Source: Diplonema japonicum (lineage: Eukaryota; Protista; Euglenozoa: Diplonemea). Taken from it: a stretch of DNA of 64,000 nt. Below the pieces are notes generated by a model. It had not been told where the DNA came from and searched no databases. It was given only the letters and a program-made list of their open reading frames with translations. Position numbers and translations under genes: made by a program. Of the stretch, positions 32,401 through 47,400 are shown piece after piece (positions within the stretch are counted from its first letter, which is position 1; each line of letters begins with the position of its first letter). The DNA lies in NCBI GenBank assembly GCA_964019335.1, contig OZ025656.1, forward strand, positions 1 to 64,000. Direction: 5' to 3'.

Positions 32401-35400
32401 AAACGGAGATGTACACATATCACAACGTGAACCTGTCCACCCAAACCTGCATACGCACACACAGGTGTCTGTTGCTGTCTGGGGGATAGCACTTACAGCG
32501 TGTCCGCTACAGTACGTGTCAATGCCACAGTGTTTGCACAAAGGATATTCAACATGACCAGAGATGCACTCATCGCAGTTAGCGCCTCCGTATGGACTAG
32601 GGCAGTCTTGGCACCTCGTGGCGGGGTCCCAGTGTGTTCCGTGAGTGCACGTACACCCACAGTCATAGGCACCATTAACAAACCCAATTTCCTTTCCGTT
32701 ATTGCTGCAGCCTGACTTGCATTTGCAGGAGCACTCATTGTTGACAAGCACTGGGTACATCCCAAGAGCACCATACATCAAATTGCAGTACGCAGTGTCG
32801 CATTTAATACACCTGGAAGCAGGGTCTCTGATGTCAAGACCGAACCAACCACTCTCGCAGGTGTCACAGTTGACATCTGAAGTAAAGCCCTCGGGACATG
32901 TATTGCATGCAGACCCCGTCCAGTAGTTGGCATCGCATTGACATGTACAGCTTGTTCCATCAGTAGAGACACTAGCAGTTCCCTTGTTGTTGCAGTTAGT
33001 TGCCGTGCATGTAAAGCAGTCCGGATACAAGTACCTTCCTGCAGCACATTTAGCACAGCCAGAGCTATACTTAGTAAGGTCACACTGATCGCATGCAGAA
33101 CCTGTCCACATATCTTTGCAGCCCACGCATGTGCATATGGTAATTCTCGTGGAAGGAACAAAAGCAGAAGGATCACCCTGTACGACAACACGGGGTGTTC
33201 CATACACACAACTTGACCCCACGTGTCCTGATACACACGATGAGCATCCCAATGGCGAGGAAGGATTCCCATAGTGACCAGTAGCACATTTATTACAAAG
33301 ACTGTCCTGGTGGTATGTAACATCACACTCTGTGCATTGAGCCCCTGTCCAACCCATCCTGCAATTGCAGCGACAAGCCTGTCCATCAATCACAGCAGTC
33401 CCCCTGGAATTGCAGTATGAATCAATACACTTGCAATCGAACTCAGGGGTGGTGGCACCTGCAACAGAGGCATCACATGTCGAGCAAGTAGGGTCAAAGC
33501 CATTGGGACAAACACTACATGCGTTGCTGACAGCTCCTTGAGGGCCCCAGTAGGCATTGCACTTGCAGTTGCACCCAGTACCGGAGCTATCAGAGGTGCC
33601 ATGTCCATTACAGCATGGAGAGCATGTCGGATAGTCGTTGTTGCGGCCTTTTGCACATGAAGTGCAAGAAGGTGAAAAGAGTGAAGGACATACATCGCAC
33701 GCCTCCCATTCATTCTCGGGTGTTGGGGATCCTGTGGTTTGCCACTGACCGCGGCATGTGCACAAACACTTCGTTTTGTCATCATTTGATCGCACTGCTT
33801 GTGCATTGCCTTGGCAGTGAGTAGCAACACTGCATTTCTCGCAATCAGGATACCCCACGTAGCCCTCAGCACACTCGTTGCACGTTGACTGGTTGAATCT
33901 GACACGGCACACAGAGCAATCAGCACCTGTCCATTCGTCGGCACATTCGCAAATGCACTCGCTTTGCACAGTGTTTGTGCGCACGTTTACTGCTCTTCCG
34001 CTACAATGCGTAGCGCTGCTGCATGCAGTACACGTGGGAAAGTTTATGAAATTTGCAGCGCAAGTAAAGCAGTCGTTAGTGCTATTATATTGTGGAGGGC
34101 ATTGGTCGCAAATGGGACCGAACCAATGATCACGACAGGTGCACAGACACTCGGTTGATGTAGCTGAGGCAGTAGTGACAGCCGCTGCATGGTTAGAGCA
34201 GTGCGATTGGGTACATTTTGTGCAGCTTAAAGTCTTGGGCCCTGTCAGAGGTGTAATAACCTTGTACCCTGGTGCACACTCTCCACAATCGTCCCCTGCA
34301 TACTGCGGGAGACACTTATCACATGCAACACCACTCCACATGTTCCTGCAAGAGCAAACGCATGCATCCTGAGCTGGTGTAGTTGACACTCCGCCTGGGA
34401 TCGTGTGATTTGAGCAATGAGTCTCAGCAGTACACTGTCCGCACACAGGGTAATTGGTCGAACCGACAGCACATTTGTCACAGTCTGCGCCAGCAAATCT
34501 GGTAGCACATGCTTCACACTGCTCATTTTGCCACGAATTCCGGCATTCACAAAGACATTTAGTTTTGTCTCCATTGGCTTTGACCACGGAAGCATGACTG
34601 CTGCAGTGGGCTTCCTGGGTGCACCTAATGCAGGCTGGGTAGTCGACAAAGCCATCAGCACATGCAGCGCAGTCCAGCGACGCATCATATTGATCACCAC
34701 ATTGCGAGCAGCTGGCGCCTTCCCACTCATTCCTGCATTCGCACAAACACTCCGTTGCAGTCGGATTGGTAACCACCGCAACTGCATTGCTATTACAGTG
34801 CATTTGTGTAGAGCACAGCACGCAGCTCGGATAGTTGATCCTCCCTGTTGCGCAGCTGTCACACGAGTCTCCCGCAAATTGCCCAGGGCACACAGAACAA
34901 TCAGAGCCAGCCCATTGATCGGTGCACACGCAAGCGCACTGGGATTTTGTTGCATCGGACGTTACAGAAACAGCATTGCCGCTGCAGTGATTCACGACTG
35001 TGCATTCAGTACATTCAGGGTAGTTAATGTACCCTTCTGAGCAGTCCGAGCAGTTGGTGCTTCCTTGCGCCTTAATCGGACAGAAGTTACATGTTTCCCC
35101 GCTCCACAGGCCAGTGCACGCACACACACATGCGTCCTTGGCGTTGTTCGACTGGACTACTGCTGCGTTGCCGGTACAATGTTGCGCCACGTCGCACTGA
35201 ACACATTCAGGGTAGGTGATGTGTCCGGTACTGCAAGCCGCACAGTCAGAAGCTGCGTCGTACTTTACAGGGCACGAGCTACAATCCGCACCCTCCCATT
35301 GGTTCTCGCAAGCACAAGTACAGGCACTGCGGTCATTGGTGCTGCCTGCCGCTGAAGCATGACCGCTGCAGTGAATGTCTACGCTGCAGGGCAGGCAGTT

Positions 35401-38400
35401 ATCCATCATCGGGTCATAGTAGTACCCACCAGTGCACTCATTACAGTCTGAACCACTCCATTGGACTGGACACAGGTGACATTGTGACCCCTCCCAGTGG
35501 TTTTCACACTCACACACACAAGTAGTTCGATCACGCGACGAGTTAACCTTCAATGCATGGCCTGAGCAGTGCACGTCAGAAGTGCACGATTCGCAAGTCG
35601 GATAGCCGATGTAGCCCATCGCGCACAAAGAACACGTCGCTTGGTCGTATTGCTGGGGACAGACATCGCATGCACTGCCCTCCCAATTATTTAGACAAGT
35701 GCACACACAGGACACCTGGTCAGCAGTCACAGCACTAGCGTGCGAACTGTCAGTACAGTTAGCCAACGTGCAGAGTGTGCACTCATCACTAGTGGATGGT
35801 TTGACATAGTGTGTGGTACATTTGTCACAGAATGTGCCATCGTAACCTGTTTTACACGTGCACATGCAGACAGACTGTGAAGCATCAGTAGTCACATATT
35901 TCGCATTTTCATTGCAGTGCACATCGTTCAAGCACTGCGTACACGCAGGGTAGTTAATATAACCAGTTGCACAGCGACCACAGTCGTCCCCCGCAGAAAA
36001 TTGAGGAGAACAAGTCTCACAAGCTGCACCTGACCACTGATTGCGACACGTACATGTGCACTTATCGGTGCTTGGATCAGAGTCTACTGCCACAGCGTTA
36101 CCATGGCAGTTTACATCGTTTCTACACTCCGTACACGTAGGGTGTCCTATCCACCCGTGCGCGCACTGATCGCAATCAGTACCTGCATATCCAATTGGGC
36201 AGTACTCACACTTTGATCCCGTCCAGTGGTTTCTGCAAGTGCACAAACATCCTGTGTGGTCGCTGTTCTCAACAACATTCGACGCGTGCCCACTGCAGTG
36301 GCCTTGCGACGTGCAAGTATCACACACAGGGTAGCCCTGGTTCTGGGTCGAGCATTGGCCGCAGTCTTCATTTGGGTCGAACTGGCTGGCACATGATTCG
36401 CACGAAGAACCGTACCACTGGTTGCGGCATGAACACACACATGTAGCGCTCTTGGCGGCAGAAGCGGTCTCAGTGGTAGTTACACTTACAGCATGTCCTC
36501 CACAATGAGTGTCAACGCTACACGGCGTGCAGGTTGGGTAATCAATGCGCCCAAAAGCGCACTGGTCACAATCGGAGCCTGTAAACTGCGGAAAGCATGT
36601 GTCACAATTGTCACCTGTCCATTGATTCCTGCACACACACACGCATGATGTCTTAGCGGCATCGGTATTCACGCTGGCAGCATGCCCGTTGCAGTGAACC
36701 TGCTCATCGCATAGTTCACAGTTTGGGTAGTTGATATGATTCGCTTTGCAAGTGCCACAATCTTGTGTTTCGTCGTACTTGGTAGCGCAGCTGCTGCAAG
36801 TCGAACCGCTCCAGGAGTTCTTGCAGTTGCACAAGCAGATTGAGTTCGATGTGTCGGATGTGGTTGAAACAGCGTGGCCACTGCAGTGCGTGGTAGTTTC
36901 GCACAGGGTGCACAGTGGATAATTGATGCGGCCTGGTGCACATGTGTCACAGTCACCAAGTTGGCTGTACTTCGAATCACAAACGTTACAGGCTGTCCCC
37001 GTCCACGAGTTTCTACATGTGCATGAGCAGTTGCTTCCAGTTACATCAGAAATTACATGATAAGCATTCCCCGAACAGTGGTTGTTGATTGTGCACTGTA
37101 CGCAAGTGGGGTAGCCGACGTAGCCAACCTTACATGTGTCGCAGCTCGTGGAACCAAGCTTGCTCGTGTAACCTGGTTTGCAGGAACACGTACAAGTCAG
37201 TGAATCAGCGCTATTAGTAACAAAAAATGCGTTCTGCTCGCAATCTGAACTAATGCTGCACTGCCTGCATGTTGGGTACTGAACGTGTCCAATAGCGCAC
37301 TGGTTACACGCAGCACCACCGTACAGCTGTGGGCAGATATTGCACGTTGGCCCCGTCCACTGGTTGCTACACGTGCACTCGCAAGTAGACTGTGTGGAGT
37401 CGGGCTGAACATTAGTTGATCTGTGGCTACAATGGGCGTCCGTGCACAAGGTACATGTGGGGTAGTTGATCCGCCCAGCTGCGCAGACGTTGCAGTCAAG
37501 CCCTGAGTACTCCGTTGGACAGGTGCTACATGTATTATCTTTCCATTGATTTCTACATGTACATAAACACTTAGTGTTGTCCCAGTTAGAAGTGACACTG
37601 GTTGCATGGTTGTTGCAACTGACATCCAGTTTACAAGGAGTGCAGCCGTCGCCACGTACGGAACTGTAATTGATGAACCCAATGGCACAACTGTTGCAGT
37701 CAGAACCTGAATACTTCTGCGGGCAGACCGAGCATGCTGCTCCCGTCCACTGGTGTCGACATGTGCATACACAACCACTCTTATCCGCATTTGAAGCAGC
37801 ATTGATTGCGTGAGCGTTGCAATGGACTTTTGTTAAGCACATCAAGCATCCCGGATAGCCATAGTAGTCATCAGCACACGCTGCACATGTCGTACTTTCG
37901 TAGTTGGCAGGGCAAGAATCGCAAGTTGCACCTTCCCACTGATCGTCACAGAGGCACTTACATTCTGATTGCACGTCATTAGTACTGACGACGAGAGCTC
38001 TTCCATTGCAATGATCGACAGAGGTACACCTTTCACACGTGAAGTCATTCCCATTGTTGACGTAGATGTAGCCAGTGCTGCAAAGCTCGCACTGTGAACC
38101 GGAGTACCCCTCCTGGCACACGCACTGGCACGTTGTTTGTGCTACACTTGCAGTCACGAGTGATGCATGAGAGTTACAATGCACACCGGAAGTGCACTCG
38201 ATACAGTCAGGATACGTGATGTGATTGGTTGCACAAGCATCACATGCTTCTACATACAAGGTAGTGTTACACGCGTTGCAATCGTCACCTGTCCACTGGT
38301 GAGAGCATTCGCAGGTGCAAGTGCTGTGATCAGAAGAGGAGTTCACCACAAGGGCGTTGTTATTGCAATCAGCTTGCGTGCATAGCACACACGTAAGGGG

Positions 38401-41400
38401 TGAAGATACCGTTTGTCTGTACCCATTAGCACATGTGTCACAGTCCATGCCCTGGTACTGCTCTGGGCAATGCCCACAAGAGCTGCCAGTCCAGCTATTT
38501 CTGCAGTCACAATGGCAACTGGATCCCGATACAGATGAGGCGGTACCTCTGCTGTTACAGTGTATTGTGTCGTCACACGCATCGCAGACAGGGTACGGGC
38601 TTGCGCCGTGGCCAGGGGCACATGCATTGCAATCAGGAGCAGTCGAGAACATAGGATTGCAGATCTCACACTGCGCACCGGTCCAACTTGACCTGCATTT
38701 ACATTCACAATCCTCGTGGTTTGAGGTCACAAAGGTAGCATGACTGCTGCAGTGGGTAGTCTCACTGCACGCAGTGCACGTAGGCGGCACAGTGGCAGGT
38801 GATGATGGCACATAACCAATTGCACATCTCGCACAATCATATGACGCATCCCAGCTGCTATCACATGTACTGCAGCTTGCACCACCCCATTGGTTGCGGC
38901 ATGTACACACGCACGTGGTTTGGTCGGCACTGGCAGTGACCGATGTCGCATGCCCTGAGCATTGCTGCAGGACGTCACACCTAACACACGCGGGATACAG
39001 GATGTGTCCTGCGGCACACTGGTCACAGTCAACGCCACCAAACTGCGATGGACAGGTGGAACACGTATTACCAGTCCACTGGTTAGCACAGGAGCACACG
39101 CAACTCGTTTTTGATACTTCTGAAGTCACTGCAGCTGCGTGTGAGCTGCAATGGATGTTGCTGCTGCACGCAGTGCAGGTTGGGTAGTTAATGTAGCCTT
39201 CAGCACACTCGTCACAGTTAAGCCCTGAGAACTGTGAAGGGCAAAGATCACAAGCTGTCCCCATCCACTGTGCAGAACAAGTGCATGCACACTGCTGCGT
39301 GTAGCTTCCTATACTGGTAACACTAGTCGCGTGGTTGCTGCAGTGTTGTGCAACTGTGCATCGCGCACATGACCCTGCCGGTAGTGGATCGGCTAACTTA
39401 ATAAATCCAACACTGCACTCGCCGCACGTTGCTCCCGTGTAGCCAGATGTACACGTGCACACACACGAGTCGTGTGCAGCGTTTGAAGTCGTCGAGCTCG
39501 CGTGGCTGTTGCAGTCTGCTGCAGTGCACTGCGTGCAGGTTGGATAGTTGACGAAACCGATGGCACATTTGTCGCAATCAGCACCAGCCATGTGGGTGGG
39601 ACACGTGTCGCAAGTAGAGCCTGTCCATTGATTTGCACACTCGCACACGCATGCTGCCTTGTCAGCATTTGTTGCAACATGAGTGGCATGGTTGCTGCAA
39701 TGGGAAGCAACTGCACAACGCGTGCACACGGGGTAGTTAATGTGGTCCTCGGAGCACTGATCGCAGTCGGCAGAAGGTTGTGTGTACGCAAGGTAGACCT
39801 CTACGGTGCCGGTCATGGAATCGACAACACCGTTGCACCTGTCCTGCACTCGAAGAGGCGAGGACGTCAGACCTTGCAACCCATCAAAGATGCCGGTACC
39901 TGTACCCCCGGTGGGGCATTTTACTGCCGCTGACCCAGCTGCGCCCACAATACCCCTGTTAGTAATTGTCGTAAGACCTAACACATCTGAAGAGCCCCAC
40001 AACTTGTCAGAACCGCAAGTGAAGGGGCCCAACGCACTCAGCGAAGCGCACACACCAACTTTCGAGATGCTCGCATCTGACGCATACTGCCAAGTGGATG
40101 ATACTGGTTTATAAAACCTAGCAGTGGCATTGGAACCCGTAACTACCACTTTCAGCATCACATTCTCAATTCCGAAGCGCGTGAGTCGGGAGTTCATCTC
40201 TGCGTCCGACAGTTTGCATGTCCCAGTTGCACAGGAAGCGGTGCCCACTGTACCAGTGGGGACAGTTGGCTTTCCGTCGATGAGACCACTGCTTACTTCA
40301 AAACGTGCAATGCGCTCCCATTCAAGGGTGACCACAATATCGGTTTTGTCAGACAAGTAACTAGCCGGGCACGTGCCACACATCGATCCTGTCCACTGTT
40401 CATTGCAAGTGCAAAGACATTCTGTGTTGTCCACATTCGAAGTTGTTGCAGAGGCATGCCCACTGCAATGCTTTGTGATACTGCACGGCGTGCATGTCGG
40501 GTAGTTGATGTATCCCGTTGCACACATGTTGCAGTTCCCACCGTATTCTGGGGGGCAGGTTGAGCACGTTGAGCCTACCCACTGGTCACTGCACGTACAC
40601 CTGCAGTGCAGGTGGCTTGCGTCTGAAATAACTGCCGTTGCATGTCCACTGCAGTGGGCATCGACCGTGCACTGTGTGCAAGCTGGATAATGCACGTAGC
40701 CAGCTGCGCATGCAGCACAGTTTTCATTCTTATCATATTTTGCATCACACAAGTCACACGCCTCACCGTACCACTGACCTTCGCAAAGGCACTTGCACTG
40801 CAGGTGATCAGGTGAGGACGACACCGCCAGGGCATGCCCAGAGCAGTGCTGCCCTGTAGTACATTCAACACAGTCACTCCCTGATTTTACATAGTGTTCT
40901 GCACATTGGTCACACGTTTCTCCAACGTAGCCTTCCCTGCACAAACAGATGCAGCTAGTGCCCGCGGCATTGGCGTAGACACCTACATCACCACTATCCT
41001 CCACACGGCCCTGCGGGTCAGATTCGTTAACACCTGCATGGCTGTTACAGTGAGTGTCGATCCTGCATTCGATACAGCTGGGGTAGTTGATCCTATCTTG
41101 GCTGCACCTGTCGCAGGTTGTCTGGTCAAACTCTGATGGACACAATTCGCAGTTGCTCTCGGCAGTCCACTGGCCTTTGCAGGTGCACACACAGCCTGTG
41201 AAACTTGCATTACTCTTCACAGATCGTGAGTTGTAATTGCAATAATCATCACTACACTCAATGCAGTCATTGGGATCCACGGGGTCAACATAGTAGCCAT
41301 CAGCACACTGGTCACAGCCAACCCCACCAAACTGCGGTGGGCACGTCTCGCACTTGTCACCCGTCCAGTAGTTTGCACACGTGCACACACACGTCGAATA

Positions 41401-44400
41401 ATCCCACGAATGCGTCACTCCACCAGGCACGGCGTGGTTAGTACAATGGTCGACTACGCTGCAGGCACCACACACGGGGTACCCGATATTTCCACTAGCA
41501 CACTTGTTGCATACACCATCTTGGGCGTACCTTGACGCACATTGGCTGCAATCGCTGCCGGACCAGGCGTCCACACATGTACACTCGCAATGCGTGTGCG
41601 TAGGGTCAGAAGTGACTGCAGATCCCCTGTTGAAACAATGCTGCTCCACAGTGCATTGACTGCAGATAGGATAGTTGATGTATCCCACGGCACAGACATC
41701 GCAAGAAATACCGCCAAAGCTTTCAGGGCATTCGTTACATGTCGCGCCAATCCAGTTCCCATCGCACTGACACGTGCACTTAGCGTGCAACGCATCTGAG
41801 GAAGTAGCGGAAGCTCTGCCATTGCAATGCGTGTCCACATCGCATCGTATGCACTGAGGATAGTTGATGAAGCCATCAGCGCAGCTTGCGCAACCGGTTT
41901 GCTCATAGTTGAGGGGGCACACATCACACACAGATCCCGTCCACTGCTCGCTGCATGTACAGACGCAAGAGTCATCGAGGCACGTCGAGCTCCATTCGAA
42001 CACATGAGCACCATCGTCAGCATTTTTTGTCCCACAGACCCAAGTCCCATTGTAATTACACGAAGATTGCCGTATTACATTGCACCAAACGCTCTTGCCG
42101 TCTTCCCAGCCCCACTCAATCATTTCACACTCGCTTCCTAGCGCAATGCAGTGCTGCTTGCAAGCATCTAGATCACCGACATTTCCACTGGACACTACAT
42201 ACTTAGTGTCCTGGCAACATCCAGGACCAAGGTCAGTCCAGCAGCCCTCCTCCGTTGTGACTGCTGTGGCGTGCCCGTTGCAATGAACCGTGGTGTCGCA
42301 TTGTGTGCATAGTGGGTAATCAATGAAGCCTATTGCACATTCACCACAGTCGGCGGTTGAGTCAAACTGCTTGGGGCAAACTTCACAAGACGCACCTGTC
42401 CACTGATTGACGCACGTGCATTTGCACGCTGTGTTGTCAAAGTTGCTTGTAACAGCGGTCGCGTGGTGGCTGCAGTCAGCCAGGGTGCACTGCACACAGG
42501 CAGGGTATCCAACGTAACCTGGTGCACACAGTTCACACATCAATCCTTCAAAACCTGGAATGCATGTACAGTCACACGTAGTATGTGTGAGACTAGAGTG
42601 CACCGACGACGCATGCCCATTGCAATGGTCAGCTGTTGTACATTTCGTGCAGGAAGGGGTGGTAGGCAGGATGTAACCAGTGTCACATGAATTGCAGTCA
42701 GTGCCTCCATAGCCAATCGGACAGACTTCGCATGCCGGGCCTGACCAAAAGTTGCGGCAAGTACACTGACAAGCTGTGTTAGTCGGGTTTGAGGTGACGG
42801 ACGTCGCGTGCCCCGTACAGTGCTGGTCGACGTTACACGGGAAACATGTGGGGTATAAAATGTGGGAAACAGCACACGAGCCACAGTCATCAACAACAGA
42901 GTACTTCAGTGAGCAATTACTGCACGTAGGACCTGTCCATTGGTTGATGCAGTGACAAACACACAAAGTGTGTGACACATCTGATGTAACGTGCATTGCG
43001 TGACCAGAGCAGTGGTTGGCCACCGTGCACTTGTCACACTGGGGATAGTTGATATGTCCTAGCGCACACATGTCACAGTCTGTTCCGCCGTATTTTGCAT
43101 CACAAGTCTGACATTGAGACCCCCTCCATTCATTTCTACAATCACACATGCACATCGTGTTGTTGTGGTTGGACGTCACATCAGCAGCATGGGACGAGCA
43201 GTGCACATCCACATCGCACTCGTCACAAGCAGGGTAGTTGATATTGCCCGAAGAACAAGCACTACACGTGATTTGCTCATATTTTTCTGGGCACAAATTG
43301 CAAGTAGGACCAGTCCACTTATCCGTACAACTGCACGTACACATTGTTGCCCCTTGATTGGCACCAACAGCAGAAGCATGGCCGTTGCAGTGAGCTGCCA
43401 CAGTACACAGAATACACGTTGGGTAGTTGATGTGGTTAGGTGCACAGCTGTTACACGTGGTGCCAGCATACTGTGCTGCACACGTGCACGTGCATGTAGA
43501 TTGCTGGATATCAGTACCAACTGCTGTACTGTGCCCACTACAATGCATGTCGTTCGTGCACTCTGTGCACGACGGGTAGTCGACGTGGTTCGCTGCGCAT
43601 TCATCACAATCCGATCCACCGTATTGGTCAGGGCATGTGTTGCATGTAACGTCGTTCCATTGCTGATCGCAAGTACAAACACAAGACTTTCCGTCGACAC
43701 TGCTTGTTACGAAAGATGCATGGTTGCTGCAATGCGTCGGTATCTTGCACTCACTGCAAGCTGGATAATTTATGCGGTGTGCAGCACACTCGTCGCAGTC
43801 CGCACCTGCAAATTGGGAGGGGCAGGTGGCACACGCTGGAAGTGCCCATTGGTTCCTACATGAGCATTCACAGTATGTAGGAGAACCCAATGGCTTTGGA
43901 GTGGTGCTGAGTGCATGCCCATGACAGTGAGCATCGTTCGTGCATTCATCACAAATAGGGTAACCACTGTGCCCAGGTCCGCACGCGTCGCAATCGGTGC
44001 CGCCGAAGTGGGGGGGGCACGTCTGGCAGGATGGTCCAGTCCACTGGTTGGTGCACACGCACAGGCAGGAAGAGAAGTCGGGACTCGACGTGACGCTCAG
44101 CGCCTTGCCATTGCAATCATTGATGTTCGTACATTGCGTACATTGTGGATACCCAGTGAAACCTATCATACATTGGCCACAGTCTTGCTGAGGGTCAACA
44201 CCGCCAGGGCAAACAGAACAATCAAGAGACGTCCAAGAATTTCTGCAGGTACAGGCACAGGAGCTCTTGCCTGGGTTTGTTGTAACAGATGTGGCATGGT
44301 CGGAACATTGGCCCTTCAACGTGCACAAGGTACATGCCGGGTAGCCAATGCGGTTGGAACCGCACTGATCACAGCTTGATCCAGAGAATATTGCAGGGCA

Positions 44401-47400
44401 CACTTCGCACTTAGAACCAGTCCAGCTGTTCATGCAGACGCACTCGCACACACTATGAGCACTGTCACTATCTACAGACTTTGCATGGTCAGAACAGTGT
44501 GTTGCAGTATCGCACTGAATACACTGGGGGTAGTTTATGTGGCCGTTAGCGCATTGATCACAATTGTTAATCGAAGAATTAAACTGGATAGGACACGACG
44601 AGCAACTTGTATCTTCCCACTGATGCAGACACTCACATACACAACTGGAGCCTACAGCAGACACTGAGCTTGATCCTCGCGCATTACAATCACTAGAGGT
44701 AGTACACTGAACGCAGTTTGTCCCCTTCAGAACATAACCATCAGCTCCAGTAGGCCCACACGTATCACACGAGACACCAACATATCCAGTCTCGCATTCA
44801 CACGTGCATGATGTGTGGTCGGGTGATGACGTTACTGAGGTGGCTTTGTTGTTGCAGTGCACAGCAACATCACAAGCAACACATTCCACTGTCAGAGGGT
44901 CAGGGCTAATGTGGCCAACTGCGCATGAGTCACATTCAGTCGGGTCGTAAGCTGCAGGGCACACAGAACAGTCAGGACCAGTCCAACGCGCACTGCATTC
45001 ACAAATACAACTAGTTGTAAGACCCCCCGTTGATGTAACAGATGTCGCATATCCGCTGCAATGCGCCGCTATGGAACAAGCGATGCATCCAGGGTAGTTG
45101 ATATGACCCACCGCGCAACCGTCACAGTCACTAGGCGGCGAAGGGGTGAACTGCGGGCTGCACACCTCACAAGCCGCTCCTGTCCACGAGTTACGGCACA
45201 TGCAGTCGCAACCCGTCTTTGCAGAGTTCTGCGACGTGCTGACGGCATGGCTGTTGCAGTCGACATCAACGTTACAATTGAAACACAGTTCCGGTCTGTC
45301 CCTCTCGAAGACACCCTGGAATTCGCACTCATCGCAGTTGCCCCCATGCACAGCAGGGTCCTTAGCAGGGGGGTTGCACACCTCACACTTTGCTCCGTAC
45401 CAGTTAGTACTCTGATCACAAATGCAAGTACAAGCTGTTTGTGCCACATCTAAAATGGCGGTGCCGTGATTATTGCAGTACGCGTCGTCACAGACTTCAC
45501 ACGTAGGGAAAGCGAACCTGCCCGGTGCACACTTGTCACAGTGGTCGACCACTCGCTCTTGGAACTCGCTGGTGTAGAGCACAATCTTTGATATGTCCCC
45601 TCTGAACCATCTATTGTTGCGTCTCCCATCGTGACCCACCGACTCAGAACCCTCACCCACAAAGCCCCACCTCTGCCTGTGTGTCCCAAGACCAAGAGGG
45701 TGCCATTTTGCTTGCTCGATTTCGAGTTTTCCGTCGACAAAAATCTGTTTTTTCTTTGTTTTAGAATCGAATTTGAAAACAAGCCAATGCCATTGGCCAT
45801 CGTTCACCTTCTTTTTAGTACAAAGATCACGAAATCGTCTATCCTTGCCCGATGTTGAGAAACATGCGTAGCCCTTACCGTGGATGAACACGTTGAACCA
45901 CTCTGAGCGGTCGAAATCCAAAAGTGCCCAGTTGCACATAAAGTCCCGGCAGGTATAGTCTGTCCTGACGTAAATGCCTGCAGTCATAGACTGGATAATT
46001 TTCTGGTGGTCAGGGAAATAGAGCTCATGAAGTGGTATCCACCGCTTGTTGCCATCGAAGTGCCAGTGCGGGGGGTGATAAGTGTTTGCAGCACCCGAGT
46101 CGTCAACGTACGTAGGGACGCTTCTGTCACCAGAAGAAGACGGCTGCACATCGCCGTGGTGGTCCCACCCTGACTCGTCCTCCCACACTACGCTGCCATC
46201 GTAATGTGCTGCGTCAAGAAGGAGCTTGAGGCCACCATCTTCGTGGATGTACAAGAACACTTTTGAAATGTCTCCCGTGAAATGATGATTTGACTGTTGC
46301 ACGCCTGCCGTGTCTGCTTCGGAGCTAGCACCAAGAAACCCATATCTCCGCACACCTGTACCAAGTCCAGCGCTATGCCAGCCAGATACCTGTACATCAA
46401 CGACTCCATCAACGATAACCTTCTTCATAGTTGACACAGCGTCCCAGTTCACAGTAACGTAGTGCCACACATTGTTGGCTACGGGTTTGCTCCCACACAC
46501 TTTTTGTGCCACAATATCAGAACCTGTAGTCACAAAACAGACAACACCTGACACCCCATCGATATACACACTGAACCACTCCGAGTCATCGAAGTCGATC
46601 AAAGCCTTGTTACAGGTAGTGTTACCGCACAGATTATTCGTCCTGAAGTAAATAGCGACGTTGATGGCATGGATTTTACCGACGTTGTCGAAATGCAACG
46701 TGTCGATAGGGATTTTGTTCGACCCGTCGAACGAGAAGTGTGAGTGGTCCCCCATCACTCCTCCTACGTACGTTGGAGTCGCAGTGTTCCCATCGATGAA
46801 ACCATGATGGCCGTGACCGCTTTCGTCCTCCCAGTCACCACTGCCGATATAATGCCCGGCATCAAAGAGCACGACCAGGCCAAGGCTATCTGTCGCGTGG
46901 GCCAGTTCTTGATCTCTTGTTGTGAACACGTACTTTTCAGTATCACATGTCTCACAACGGGTTCCATTAAAGGCTGTTGTGCATGTACAGATACAAGAAT
47001 CCCCAACGACATTAGCCGCCCCTCTTTCATTGCAGTATGAGGTGCTGCAAGCTTCGCAAACAGGGTAACCAAAGTAGCCATCAGCACACATGTCACACTC
47101 ATTGGTGGCTGGGTTGATTGTAAAGCGAGACTCACACACATCGCAGCTCGCTCCAGACCAGGCTTGGTCACACTTGCAAGGGCATGTGTCACCACTGGGG
47201 ACTGCTTGTCCGTTTCCTGAACAGACTGTGTCGTTTGCAACCATCGTCCCATCTGGTAGGGTGGCCTGACACAGCCAACAGACGGGATACTCGACATATC
47301 CAGGTAAACATGCCCCACAGTCTTTTGTAGGGTCATAAGGATGCGGACATGTAGCACACAAGTCAGCATCATCCATTTGCTGTTTTGTCATCCCCATAGC